Positions 1-9,719 of a stretch of 64,000 bases of DNA are shown here, in pieces (position 1 is the first letter of the stretch; the number at the start of each line of letters is the position of its first letter). The notes under the pieces were generated by a model, which was not told the origin of the DNA, did no database searches, and saw only the letters and a program-made list of their open reading frames with translations. The stretch spans positions 544,001 to 608,000 of the forward strand of contig JANVYR010000001.1 in NCBI GenBank assembly GCA_030059665.1. Reading direction: 5' to 3'. This DNA comes from Candidatus Calditenuis fumarioli. GTDB lineage: Archaea; Thermoproteota; Nitrososphaeria_A; Caldarchaeales; Calditenuaceae. A program made the position numbers and the translations under genes.

Positions 1-1191
1 GGACCTGAGCTCGTCGATGGCGTCGATCCCCAGGCGCCTGAACCTCAGCTGGACCGCCTCCGCGAGGGCCTCCTCGTGGCGCATCAGGTCCTCCCTCATC
101 CTCTCCGCGTCGAACCTCGCCCTCCTCAAGAACCTCCTCAGCTGCCGGACGCCGATGAGCAGATGTGCGATTCCCACGGAGACGTTCCTCCTCACCGTCG
201 AGTCCGAGAGGTCCCTCTGGAGCCTGGAGGTCTGGAGGCGGTTCGCGACGAAAGCGAGCAGGTCCGCTGCCAGCTCGAGGTTCCCCTCCGCGTTCTCCGC
301 CTCGACTGGGTTCTGCTTCTGGGGCATCGTGGAGGACCCCACCCTGGTCGGCTCGAGCGAGACGTACCCCAGCATCGAGAGAAGCCAGAGGTCCCTGGCG
401 AGGTCCGTCAGGGCCATCGAGAGGGAGGAGAGGTGGTGGAGGTAGATCGAGTGTCTGTCAGCTGGGATGACCTGCTTCGTCACCAGGACCGGCTCGAGTC
501 CCAGCGAGCTCAGGAACCGCCCGACGAACTCGAGGGTCCTCTCCCCCAGGACCTCCATCAGCCCGGCGTAGCTTCCGATGGCACCGCTAACCTTGCCTGG
601 CATCCTGAAGCCCCTCAGCCTCTCGATCCACTCCAGCGCCCTCATCGCGTGGTACGCGAGCTCCCTACCGAGCGTCGTGGGAACAGCGGGTTTACCGTGG
701 GTCCTGGCGAGCATCGGCGTCGCTTTCTCCCTCAGCGCGAGCTCCGCAAGCTCCTCGCAGAGCCTCGAGAGCTCCGGCACCAGGACGCCCTCGTTGACCT
801 CCCTCAGCGCCAACGAGAACGCGTTGGAGTTGACGTCCTCCGAGGTCAGACCGGCGTGGACCCAGACGGCGGCCCTCGCGTATCCCTGGGACCTGAGCCT
901 CGCCTTCAGGAAGCGGACCACGGCCTCGACGTCGTGGCCAACATCCGCCTCGATCGCCTTGACCTCCTCGGCCTCCTCCGGACCGAACCGCTCGGGAAGC
1001 GACTTCAGGTACTGCAGGGCACCCGGCTCGAGCTCGGCGACGCCCCACTCCGAGAGGGCCCTCAGGTACTCCGCCTCGACCAGAAGTCGGTAGCGTATGT
1101 AGCCGAACTCGGAGAGGTGGGGCCTGAGGTCATCGACCAGGTCGGCGTACCTTCCGTCGACGGGGGAGAGGGCGAGGAGCCTGTGCCTCAC
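1..1191 (-). CDS. purB: adenylosuccinate lyase (partial, runs off the left edge)
   Basis: Manual translation from GTG at 1191 gives MRHRLLALSPVDGRYAD, matching the ALSP(L/V)DGRY N-terminus of PurB. It overlaps the purA stop (GTGA). It is absent from the ORF track, presumably because the frame is open at the window edge. Confidence 0.85.
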   Translation of the reverse strand, partial: MRHRLLALSPVDGRYADLVDDLRPHLSEFGYIRYRLLVEAEYLRALSEWGVAELEPGALQYLKSLPERFGPEEAEEVKAIEADVGHDVEAVVRFLKARLRSQGYARAAVWVHAGLTSEDVNSNAFSLALREVNEGVLVPELSRLCEELAELALREKATPMLARTHGKPAVPTTLGRELAYHAMRALEWIERLRGFRMPGKVSGAIGSYAGLMEVLGERTLEFVGRFLSSLGLEPVLVTKQVIPADRHSIYLHHLSSLSMALTDLARDLWLLSMLGYVSLEPTRVGSSTMPQKQNPVEAENAEGNLELAADLLAFVANRLQTSRLQRDLSDSTVRRNVSVGIAHLLIGVRQLRRFLRRARFDAERMREDLMRHEEALAEAVQLRFRRLGIDAIDELRS

Positions 1192-2435
1192 CGCTCGAGC
1201 ACCTCCTCGATCCCCGGTCCTATCCCGATGTGAGATACGGGAACCCCGAGCTCGGACTCGACGAACTCGACGTAACGCCTCGCGTTGGGGTGTAGCGCTC
1301 CGTACCCCTCCCTCATCAGCCTCGAACGCTCCGCGCCGTCGATCGGAGGCCACCCTTCCAGCTCGACGTACTGGGGCCTGACGCGCTCCAGGCCGCTGAG
1401 GCTTTCGGGGAAGGAGACGGCTCCCTCGTAGGAGACGCAGACCCTCACCCGCTCGAGGCCGGAGAGCGTGTCGAGCCTCGTCAGGAAGACCGAGTCGACG
1501 CCGTTCAGCTCCACCGCGAATTTCAGCTGCGGGAGGTCGAGCCACCCGATCCTCCTGGGCCTGCCAGTGGTGGCGCCGTACTCTCCGCCGGCAGACCTGA
1601 TGCGCTCCGCCAGCTCCCCCTGGATCTCGGTCGGGAAGGGGCCAGAGCCGACCCTGGTCGTGTAGGCCTTCGCAACGCCTACCACCCTTCCCAAGCTCCT
1701 GAACGGAACACCGCATCCCACAGCGGCGCTCGCGGACGTGGTGAGGCTGGAGGTCACGTAGGGGAAGGTGCCGAAGAGGAGGTCGAGCATCGTCCCCTGA
1801 GCTCCCTCGAAGACCACGGTCCCCCCTCCACTAAGCGCGCCTGAGATGACGGGACCCGTCTCGACCACCTTCACCTCAAGCCCCTCGAACGCCCCCAGCA
1901 GCTCCCTCGCCTCCTGCTTTGGGTCCGGGCCTCCGAGGCGCCAGAAGTCCCTGAGCTCCCTGAGCCTCGCGACCAGCGAGTCGGGCTCCAGAAGGTCAGC
2001 CACCCTGACCGAGAGCCGGGCAGACCTCTCCACCGACGTAGGACCTATCCCCCTCCTGGTGGTCCCGATCGGCCTGGGACCCTTGAGGCCCTCCAGGAAC
2101 TCCTCGGCGATCGACGCGGACGGCCTGATCACGGACGCCCTCGGGCTCAGGTAGACCTCGATCTCACCCCTCACCCTCCTGACCTCCTCCAACTCCTCCT
2201 TGAGGACCCTGAGGTCGACCAGGACGCCGGCGCAGATCGCGGCCGACCCGCAGACGACGCCACCTGCGGGTATCAGGTGTAGCCTCAAGACCCTTCCGTC
2301 GTACAGGATTGTGTGGCCGGCGTTGGGGCCTCCGTTGAACCTGACCGCGAGGCGCGCCGACCGGGAGAAATATGCTGCTACCTTGCCCTTCCCCTCATCG
2401 CCCCACTGGAGGCCGATGACGGTGATCGAGGGCAG
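1188..2435 (-). CDS. purA: adenylosuccinate synthetase
   Basis: The frame extends upstream of the ORF-track start to LPSITVIGLQWGDEGKGK...RFNGGPNAGHT, and also contains EGAQG, FPYVTSS and TTGRPRRIGWLD. An in-frame TGA lies two codons upstream of CTG at 2433-2435. Confidence 0.95.
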   Translation of the reverse strand: MPSITVIGLQWGDEGKGKVAAYFSRSARLAVRFNGGPNAGHTILYDGRVLRLHLIPAGGVVCGSAAICAGVLVDLRVLKEELEEVRRVRGEIEVYLSPRASVIRPSASIAEEFLEGLKGPRPIGTTRRGIGPTSVERSARLSVRVADLLEPDSLVARLRELRDFWRLGGPDPKQEARELLGAFEGLEVKVVETGPVISGALSGGGTVVFEGAQGTMLDLLFGTFPYVTSSLTTSASAAVGCGVPFRSLGRVVGVAKAYTTRVGSGPFPTEIQGELAERIRSAGGEYGATTGRPRRIGWLDLPQLKFAVELNGVDSVFLTRLDTLSGLERVRVCVSYEGAVSFPESLSGLERVRPQYVELEGWPPIDGAERSRLMREGYGALHPNARRYVEFVESELGVPVSHIGIGPGIEEVLER

Positions 2436-2436
2436 C

Positions 2437-3888
2437 TCACGTCACCCGTTCCACGTCGTGCGGCAGCCCCTCCCTGTACCCAGCCTCCGTGATCCTGACG
2501 AAGACCGCCCGCTCCCTCAGCTCCCTTATGGTGCGTGCTCCGAGGTAGCTCATGCCGGACCTGAGGCCGGCGACGAGCTGTGCGAGGACCTCGGCGACCG
2601 AGCCGCGGTAATCGACGTACGCCTCGATCCCCTCGGCCATGAACGAGTAGTCCGCGACCTCGTCGAGGTCCAGATCGCCCTTCTCCCTCGCCTCCCTCCC
2701 GAGCATCGCGTAGAACGATGCCATCCCCCGGTAGACCTTGCTCTTCTTCCCGTTGCGAACCACTACGGCTCCCGGGCTCTCGTCGGTACCTGCTAGCAGC
2801 ATCCCGATCATGACGGTCGATGCGCCCGCGGCCAGCGCCTTGACGAGGTCCGCGGAGCTCCTGATCCCACCGTCGGCGATCATCGGGACCCCCGTCCTCT
2901 CGGAGACCTCGGCGCAGTTCATGATGGCGGTCAGCTGCGGAACCCCCACACCGGCGACGACCCGCGTGGTGCAGACGGCTCCCGGGCCGATGCCGACCTT
3001 GACGGCGTCCGCGTAGGCCGCCAGGTCCTCGAAGCCCTCGGGTGTCGCGACGTTTCCGGCGACCAGCTGCACGTCGTCGCCGAACTCCCTCCTCAGACGC
3101 TTCAGCGCGCTGAGCACCATCTCCATGTGACCGTGGGCCACGTCGATCACCAGTGCGTCGACCTCAGCCTCCAGCAGCGCCTTGGCCCTCTCGAGGTAGT
3201 CGGGCTTCACGCCGATCGCGGCAGCGACTCTCATCCTGCCCTTCGAGTCCCTGGTGGAGTGGGGATAGAGCCCCCTCGACTGGATGTCCTTCGCGGTGAT
3301 CAGGCCCCTCAGCCTCCAGTCGTCGTCCACGATGGGGATCTTCTCGACGCGGTGGGTCCGTATCAGCTCGATCGCCTGCTCCTGCGTGACGCCGGGCCTC
3401 GCGGTGATCAGCTCGTGCCTCGGTGTCATCACCTCCCTGACCGGCCTCTCGTCGGGCTCGAAGAGCAGGTCCCTCCTCGTCACGATGCCCCAGACCCTCC
3501 TGTCCCTGTCGACCACGACGAGCCCCGATACGCCGTGCCTCGCCATCTCCCTCCTGGCGTCGCCCACCGTCGCCTCTAGCGGTATCGTGTAGGGGTCCTC
3601 GATCAGAACGCCCTCGGCGCGCTTCACCTTCTGGACCTCCTTGACCTGCTGCTCTATCGGCATGAACCTGTGTATCACACCGATCCCTCCCTCCCTTGCC
3701 ATCGCTATCGCCATCCTGCTCTCCGTGACCGTGTCCATGGCTGCCGAGACGATCGGTATGTGCAGCTCTATCTTCCTGGTGAAGAGCGTCCTCGTCGAGA
3801 CCTCCCGCCTGGACCTTATGTCCGAATATCGGGGCACCAGGAGCACGTCGTCGAAGGTGAGGGCCAGCTCCTCCACGAACCGACCCAA
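2437..3888 (-). CDS. guaB: IMP dehydrogenase with CBS pair
   Basis: [38 protein letters not shown] (catalytic Cys), IADGGI, YRGMAS. Confidence 0.97.
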   Translation of the reverse strand: MGRFVEELALTFDDVLLVPRYSDIRSRREVSTRTLFTRKIELHIPIVSAAMDTVTESRMAIAMAREGGIGVIHRFMPIEQQVKEVQKVKRAEGVLIEDPYTIPLEATVGDARREMARHGVSGLVVVDRDRRVWGIVTRRDLLFEPDERPVREVMTPRHELITARPGVTQEQAIELIRTHRVEKIPIVDDDWRLRGLITAKDIQSRGLYPHSTRDSKGRMRVAAAIGVKPDYLERAKALLEAEVDALVIDVAHGHMEMVLSALKRLRREFGDDVQLVAGNVATPEGFEDLAAYADAVKVGIGPGAVCTTRVVAGVGVPQLTAIMNCAEVSERTGVPMIADGGIRSSADLVKALAAGASTVMIGMLLAGTDESPGAVVVRNGKKSKVYRGMASFYAMLGREAREKGDLDLDEVADYSFMAEGIEAYVDYRGSVAEVLAQLVAGLRSGMSYLGARTIRELRERAVFVRITEAGYREGLPHDVERVT

Positions 3889-4001
3889 CCGATCCCACCA
3901 GTAAAATCAGGGACTTGGTGAAAAACCTGAGTCCGGAGGAGGGCTAAACAGGATATCAAACGATGACATGAACCAGGAAAAAAGAGGCGTGTGGTTGGAC
4001 C

Positions 4002-4511
4002 TCAGAGGATCCGGAGCAGCGCGTCGACGGAGTAGGCACCTGGTCCGAGGAGGAAGAGCAGCAGCGCGACGCCCAAGATGAGCAGGTCGAACTCCCAGCC
4101 GCCGACACCGGCCACAAAGCCCCTCATGAACCGCCTCGAGTTGGTCACCATCTGATGGAGCATCTCAGGGGGCGGCACCATCGTTCCCAGCTTGCCGAGG
4201 TAGAGGGCTATAGTCCCGATCATCTCGAGCAGGAAGAGCAGCGCCACGACCCTCGTCAGGAAGCCGATGATCAGCGTTATCCCTCCGAGGAACTCCAGGA
4301 GGCCCACGAGGTCGAAGAGGGCACCAGGGATCCCGAGCTGCGACATCCCTCCCCTCATCATGGGCCTCGCGGGTCCGAAGAGCTTCGGCGCTCCGTGGAC
4401 GATCATGATGAACCCCAAAATCAGCCTCGTCACCAGTAGCCCGGCGTCGCCGTAGGTTCCCAGGAAGTCCAGCTGGATCAAGCAGTTTTCACCTCGCAAC
4501 CCAGTTGCCAA
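4002..4511 (-). CDS. DoxX/CatD-family membrane protein
   Basis: RLILGFIMIVHGAPKL, LEFLGG and GWEFDLL motifs; four hydrophobic segments. Confidence 0.85.
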   Translation of the reverse strand: MATGLRGENCLIQLDFLGTYGDAGLLVTRLILGFIMIVHGAPKLFGPARPMMRGGMSQLGIPGALFDLVGLLEFLGGITLIIGFLTRVVALLFLLEMIGTIALYLGKLGTMVPPPEMLHQMVTNSRRFMRGFVAGVGGWEFDLLILGVALLLFLLGPGAYSVDALLRIL

Positions 4512-4529
4512 ACGCCATTTTATTAATCG

Positions 4530-4542
4530 GTCAGTGACTGAC
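4530..4542. promoter_or_regulatory. candidate operator inverted repeat GTCAG-N3-CTGAC
   Basis: Perfect 5-bp inverted repeat next to an AT-rich TATA-like tract, in the 41-bp gap between the divergent doxX and hxlR genes. Confidence 0.4.
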
Positions 4543-4552
4543 TTGATACCGG

Positions 4553-5026
4553 ATGACGACGGCGCCGGTGGAGGAACAGGAGCGTTGGTGTCCGGTGGCT
4601 GCAGCGACCAGGATGCTCGCCAGCGTCTGGGCGATCGTCGTGATCTACTACCTGATGGACGGGCCGAAGGGCTTCAACGAGCTCCTCAGGGCTATTCCCG
4701 GCGTCAACTCCAAGACCCTTTCCAGGACGCTTAAGCACCTCCAGGCGAAGGGCATCGTCGTGAGGGAGGTGGTCAGCCTCCAGCCCTTCTCGGTCAGGTA
4801 CAGGCTCACCGAGATGGGTCAGGACCTAATGCCGGTCCTCGAGGCGCTGCGGGAGTGGGGGATGAGGTGGATGGGGCCTGACGCGGCACCAGACGGGACG
4901 GTACCGTCCAGGGCCGGGGCTAAGTCGTGCGAGGGAACGCCAATTACCGGGAAGGACGAGGGAGCCGAGCGAGGAGGGAGCGCTTGGGGATCCGGAACGA
5001 AGCGGTCGTCACGGAGGAGCTCGTGA
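4553..5026 (+). CDS. HxlR/DUF24 winged-helix regulator
   Basis: WCPVAAATRML (N-terminal Cys), W-x-IVVI, GFNEL, SKTLSRTLKHL, VRYRLTEMG; the C-terminal tail overlaps the next gene. Confidence 0.9.
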   Translation: MTTAPVEEQERWCPVAAATRMLASVWAIVVIYYLMDGPKGFNELLRAIPGVNSKTLSRTLKHLQAKGIVVREVVSLQPFSVRYRLTEMGQDLMPVLEALREWGMRWMGPDAAPDGTVPSRAGAKSCEGTPITGKDEGAERGGSAWGSGTKRSSRRSS

Positions 5027-5925
5027 AGGTTTACGAGGGAGGCGTCAGGGCGCTCGACGGCGTCTCGCTCCGGGTCGGAAGGGGCGAGGTATTTGCGCTG
5101 CTCGGGCCTAACGGCGCCGGCAAGACCACGCTCGTCGAGATCCTCCTCACCCTCAGGCGTCCCACGTCGGGAAGGGCCTACGTGCTCGGCGAGGACGTCT
5201 CGGATCCGAGGAGCAGGTCGACCGTCAGGAGCAGGGTTGGTGCGGTCCTTCAGGAGTCCGATTCGTTCGAGCTGCTCACGGTCCGGGAGACCCTCGAGCT
5301 CTACGCTAGCCTTTACGGCGCCGATCGCCGGAGGGTTGACGAGCTGCTGGAGCTCTTCGGGCTGAGCGGTTACGCGAAGAGGCTCTACGGCAAGCTCTCC
5401 GGAGGCCTGAAGCGAAGGGTCCTGGTGGCAACGGCCCTGATCAACTCACCTGAGCTGGTCTTCCTCGACGAGCCCACGACGGGCCTCGACCCCGCGATGA
5501 GGAGGGAGGTCTGGGAGGTCCTGAGGCGAATGAGGGAGGAGGGCGTTACGGTCTTCCTCACGACCCACTACATGGAGGAGGCCGAGGAGCTCGCCGACAG
5601 GGTGGGTTTCATCGTGGGAGGGAGGCTCGTGGCGGTCGGCTCTCCGAGGGAGCTCGCGGAGAGGTACGGCGGCTCTAAGGTCGTTAGGGTCTCCGGGCTC
5701 GACCGGAGAGCTGCTGAGGAGGTGGCGAGGGCCCTCGGCGACGTCAGATCGGAGGGCGACGGGCTGGTTTACACCGCTTCCGATCAGAGGGACGCGAACA
5801 GGGCCGTCCAGACAGTCCTCTCGATCGCGCCGGATGCGGTCATCACCGTCAGCAACCCAGGTCTCGAGGAGGTGTTCCTCAAACTCACCGGTTATAGAAT
5901 AACAGAGGAGGGAGAGGTCGCTTGA
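4984..5925 (+). CDS. ABC-2 type exporter ATP-binding subunit
   Basis: GPNGAGKTT, LSGG, FLDEPTTGLD, TTHYMEEA; TTG at 4984 preferred as start. Confidence 0.93.
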   Translation: MGIRNEAVVTEELVKVYEGGVRALDGVSLRVGRGEVFALLGPNGAGKTTLVEILLTLRRPTSGRAYVLGEDVSDPRSRSTVRSRVGAVLQESDSFELLTVRETLELYASLYGADRRRVDELLELFGLSGYAKRLYGKLSGGLKRRVLVATALINSPELVFLDEPTTGLDPAMRREVWEVLRRMREEGVTVFLTTHYMEEAEELADRVGFIVGGRLVAVGSPRELAERYGGSKVVRVSGLDRRAAEEVARALGDVRSEGDGLVYTASDQRDANRAVQTVLSIAPDAVITVSNPGLEEVFLKLTGYRITEEGEVA

Positions 5926-7172
5926 GGAGGCCGATCGCGTTCGCCACGGTCGTCGTTCGCGATTGGGTGCGGAGCAGGTCGACCGTCTTCTGGACGCTCG
6001 CCTTCCCGCTGATCCTGCTGCTGGTCTTCGGCTCCGTCTTCGGCGACGTGAGGGTCACGAGCGTCAGGGTCCTGGTGGTGAACGAGGACCTCGATCCATC
6101 CGGAAGGCCGACCCAGCTCTCGGAGGCCTTCGTCTCAGCCCTCAACTCGACCGGGCTCCTCGAGCTCAGGCCCGTCGAGCCAAGTAAGGACCTCGGCGAG
6201 GCGATGAGGGACCTCGGCGTCTACAGGGCGCTGGTGATACACCGCGGGTTCCAAGAAGGTCTGATCGAGGCCTCTGTGGCCGCGCGGATCGACGTCATCA
6301 CCTCCACCCTCGAGTACGTGCTCGCCAACTTCGGTCAGTCCGTTCCTCCCGAGAACAGGTCGATGATCGAGGAGGGCATCTCGGCCCTGAGGCAGATGAG
6401 GTCTAACCTGCGCGCAGGACCTGTTTCGATCACCTTCGTCCGGGACGACGCGGACCCCTCAGCCGGTGCGGTGGAGGGCGTGATAAGGTCAGTGGCCCAG
6501 GCCTTCAACCTGAGGCTGATCGGCGCCAACGATTCCGTCGTTCTGGACAGTTCAGGACTGGGCTTCAGGAGGACCAGGTGGATCGACCTGTACGTTCCTG
6601 GGGTGCTGATGGCCTTCGTTATGGTCAACGGAGTCCTCGGCTCGTCACAGATGCTGGCCGACATGAGGCGGAGGAGGCTTCTTCGGAGGCTTACGATAAC
6701 GCCGCTGAGGAGGTCCGAGCTGCTCGCGGGGCTGATGTTTGCCCACCTGCTGATGGCGCTGGTGCTGACGGTCCTGACGCTCTCTGTCGGCTGGGGCCTC
6801 TTCGGTTCCTCGTTCTCGCTCAACGCCCTCTCCGCTGCGCTCATCGTGGCCGGCAGCCTCCTCTTCACCTCGCTGGGCCTCGTGGTGGGAACGGCCTTCA
6901 AGGAGGTCGAGGCGGTAAGCGCCGCGGCCAGCGCGATAACCTTCCCGATGATGTTCCTCTCGGGGGCAGTATTCCCCCTCGAGCTCGCCCCACCGGCGAT
7001 GCAGGCGGTTGCCAAGTTCCTCCCGCTGTACTACCTCGTGGAGGGACTCAGGGCCTCGGGGGTTTACGGCAGCACGGTCTCCTTCATCGAGGGCCTCGCG
7101 GTGAGTCTGGCGGCCTTCCCGGTCCTGCTCCTGTTGGGTTCGGTCCTGCTCGATCGGGAGCTGACCACCTGA
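5922..7172 (+). CDS. ABC-2 type exporter permease
   Basis: FWTLAFP N-terminal TM, extracellular loop, YVPG, FLSGAVFP and KFLPLYY motifs; overlaps the ATPase stop. Confidence 0.9.
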   Translation: MRRPIAFATVVVRDWVRSRSTVFWTLAFPLILLLVFGSVFGDVRVTSVRVLVVNEDLDPSGRPTQLSEAFVSALNSTGLLELRPVEPSKDLGEAMRDLGVYRALVIHRGFQEGLIEASVAARIDVITSTLEYVLANFGQSVPPENRSMIEEGISALRQMRSNLRAGPVSITFVRDDADPSAGAVEGVIRSVAQAFNLRLIGANDSVVLDSSGLGFRRTRWIDLYVPGVLMAFVMVNGVLGSSQMLADMRRRRLLRRLTITPLRRSELLAGLMFAHLLMALVLTVLTLSVGWGLFGSSFSLNALSAALIVAGSLLFTSLGLVVGTAFKEVEAVSAAASAITFPMMFLSGAVFPLELAPPAMQAVAKFLPLYYLVEGLRASGVYGSTVSFIEGLAVSLAAFPVLLLLGSVLLDRELTT

Positions 7173-7553
7173 ACTAGTATCGGTTTGATCATCCGGATGT
7201 TGATCTTTATGCGAAAGAAGTAAATGTGGTTGGTGCTTCGCCATTCTAATTTACTGGGAGCATATCAGCTTCTTTCGGGTTTTGCTTGCATTGTTGAATG
7301 GTTTGTATGGCCGTTGCCCTCCACTGCATATCGTGTCTGAACATCAGCCAAGTAGCGAGAGTAGCCTTTTACGTAGTTCCTCAAACTCTTCATCGGCAAA
7401 CTTTGTAGATCTATTGCTATATTATGTGTCGATGTCATTGATAAGCTAGATTGGGTGACTCGGGCTGAAGCAGCCGTGCAGCCTGTCTCTTAAGAAATGG
7501 GAATTTTTTCCACGAAGTACTCCTTCAATGGACCACATGTTTAAAGTCGTGCC

Positions 7554-8318
7554 TCATTCTATGATGCGCCTAAAACTTATTGATGCTAAAATGAATGATA
7601 TTGCATCGAAGATCGTTATCGAAGCCAAATCCATTAGGAGATTAGAAAGGTCTCCAGTGATCAATAGTCCTCTGACAGCGTCAACGACGTAACTCAAAGG
7701 GTTAAACGTTGAAATCTCCCTAAGGAGAGGTGGCATTATTTGGGTAGGATACAAGGCATTGCTGGCAAAGAAAAGTGGCATAATTATCGCCTGTCCCAAT
7801 CCCAAAAACCTCTCGCGGGTTTTCATAAAGGAGGCTATGAGTATGGATATGGCTGCAAACCCTCCTGAGGCCAGGAATATAATGGTGAAGGCTAGGACGA
7901 AATAAACCGGGTTGTGGATAAAATGTACTCCTATTATGAGAGCTACAGGAAGTATTATGAGGGCCTGAAACAGAGCCCTAACACCTGAAGCCATAGAGCG
8001 TCCTATAACCACCGAATACCTCGAAGCTGGAGTGACGAGCAGCTTCTTCAGAATTCCAGAGTCGCGTTCCCAAACCATCATCAAACCATAGAATATGCTG
8101 ACGAATGTTGTTGTCTGTATCATAATGCCCGGGGTTATGAAATCGGTATATGGGACTTCTCCTGTAGGTATAGCCCTAACACTACTCATTACGGGGCCGT
8201 AAATCACTATCCAAAGTATTGGTTGGACGGCCCTGAAGTACAATTCCGTCCTATCGTGACGTAATCTTCTCAATTCAAGCTCAACCATGACCAACATGAT
8301 TTTCAGACCTTTTATCAT
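7554..8318 (-). CDS. ABC-2 (DrrB-like) permease
   Basis: YTDFITPGI, WERDSGILKKLLVTP, PLFFASNALYP, NPLSYVVDAVR. Confidence 0.92.
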   Translation of the reverse strand: MIKGLKIMLVMVELELRRLRHDRTELYFRAVQPILWIVIYGPVMSSVRAIPTGEVPYTDFITPGIMIQTTTFVSIFYGLMMVWERDSGILKKLLVTPASRYSVVIGRSMASGVRALFQALIILPVALIIGVHFIHNPVYFVLAFTIIFLASGGFAAISILIASFMKTRERFLGLGQAIIMPLFFASNALYPTQIMPPLLREISTFNPLSYVVDAVRGLLITGDLSNLLMDLASITIFDAISFILASISFRRIIE

Positions 8319-8322
8319 GTTT

Positions 8323-9330
8323 TCACCCCTTTCTAATCATATCTCGCATATGCTTAACATCGCTTATTCTTCCCTTCTCTACAATTCTTGTTCCAACAAA
8401 CTTAAGAAAAACGTCGTCCAGAGTAGGCCTGGTAATAGAAACTCGGCCTATAGGTACGCCATTCTCTCTTAAGATATTTATTAAATATGGTAATGTTGAT
8501 TCGGCATCGCTGACAATTACATTTAAGCCTTCCTCTTCAACAATAACATCTTTAACATAAGATGATTTGCGGAATTCTTGAGCTATATCAGGTTTGAAGA
8601 TGCCCTTCTCGAATGTAATAGTAATAATCTCCCCGCCTAAGGAATGCTTCAACTCTTCGGCAGTCCCTCTCGCAACAATCTTTCCCTGATTTATTATGGC
8701 TATGTTATCAGCATATTGGTCGGCCTCATCCATATAATGCGTGTTGAAGAAAATGGTTACGCCATACTCCCTTTTAAAAACCTGTAAACTTTCCCAAACC
8801 ACCTTCCGGGCAGCAGGGTCCAAGCCAATGGTTGGTTCGTCCAAAAAGATTATTTTGGGCTTTATGAGCATGGCGCATGCTATTTCCAGTCTCCTGATCA
8901 TTCCTCCTGAATACGTGCTAACGGGCTCGTTCTGCACACCGGTCAGACCCATATTTTCCAAGACCTCATCGATTACCTTCCTTCTTTCATGACGCGGTAT
9001 TCCAAAAATTTTCGCGTATATCAGGAGGTTCTCGTAGCCACTGATGTCTGTCCAGACGCTCATCTCTTGGGGGACATAGCTTATCAGCCTCCTAACTTTA
9101 CTGCCTTGTCGAACGACGTCCAATCCGAAAACGCGCGCTTCGCCTGCCGTAGGTCTAATCTGTGTTGTCAAAATACGCATAAGCGTCGTTTTTCCAGCAC
9201 CGTTAGGACCTAAAAGAGCAAATGACGTCCCGGCATCAACAGTCAAATCCACCTTATCCAATGCCCTTACCTTTCCACCATAAACTTTTACAAGGCCTTT
9301 GGTCTGTACAGCAAGCTCCATATCGCTCAT
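8323..9330 (-). CDS. ABC (DrrA-like) ATP-binding subunit
   Basis: GPNGAGKTT, YSGG, FLDEPTIGLD, NTHYMDEAD, RPTLDDVF. Confidence 0.94.
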   Translation of the reverse strand: MSDMELAVQTKGLVKVYGGKVRALDKVDLTVDAGTSFALLGPNGAGKTTLMRILTTQIRPTAGEARVFGLDVVRQGSKVRRLISYVPQEMSVWTDISGYENLLIYAKIFGIPRHERRKVIDEVLENMGLTGVQNEPVSTYSGGMIRRLEIACAMLIKPKIIFLDEPTIGLDPAARKVVWESLQVFKREYGVTIFFNTHYMDEADQYADNIAIINQGKIVARGTAEELKHSLGGEIITITFEKGIFKPDIAQEFRKSSYVKDVIVEEEGLNVIVSDAESTLPYLINILRENGVPIGRVSITRPTLDDVFLKFVGTRIVEKGRISDVKHMRDMIRKG

Positions 9331-9719
9331 CCAGCGATCATAGGGACAGAGGTCTATAGAACTATTTGTTCGGCACGTCGTTCAAAAACATTAGAGTCTC
9401 GATGGATGTATGCGATGTTACTTCTTATATACTCATCTACCGGAACTCGGTCAAGGAACAGCTGAGGGATGAACACGGTACGTTGATGCTTAGTCGGACC
9501 AATTCCTGTTCCTCCCGTCCTATCTCGAGCACCTTAGAGTCTCATTAGACCTAACCCTCCCTTGGTTGTTGAGACGCTCCCGCTATCTGGAAGGAATGCC
9601 GACCTGACTACATCTGAATCCACGATGCACGCAATGCTCCTGCGTATCGAACACTTACTATGACGAACAAAACATCTAGTAAAGTCAAATAGGGATAGCT
9701 GAAGGGAGGTGTTAATTAA

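Larger units (their letters stand above)
7172..9719. other. AT-richer, horizontally acquired segment
   Basis: Abrupt switch from GC-rich, C/G-ending codons to A/T-rich sequence at about 7172, reverting at about 9720 (by eye). Confidence 0.75.

Noticed and set aside
17-1233. Long plus-strand ORFs (e.g. 76-1233), and similar ones such as 30833-32566, 33741-34739 and 41968-43218
   Set aside because: Antisense shadow ORFs of real GC-rich genes, with Arg/Pro/Gly-biased nonsense translations.
4880-5026. C-terminal extension of the HxlR regulator overlapping the ABC ATPase
   Set aside because: Low-complexity tail, probably stop-codon drift; no evidence of function.
7340-7420. Minus-strand peptide RSTKFADEEFEELRKRLLSLLG resembling a protein C-terminus
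   Set aside because: In-frame stop just upstream and no start; too short to assign as a pseudogene.
9391-9543. 10-bp direct repeat TTAGAGTCTC at 9391 and 9534
   Set aside because: Only two copies, with no element between them; not CRISPR-like; may be chance.
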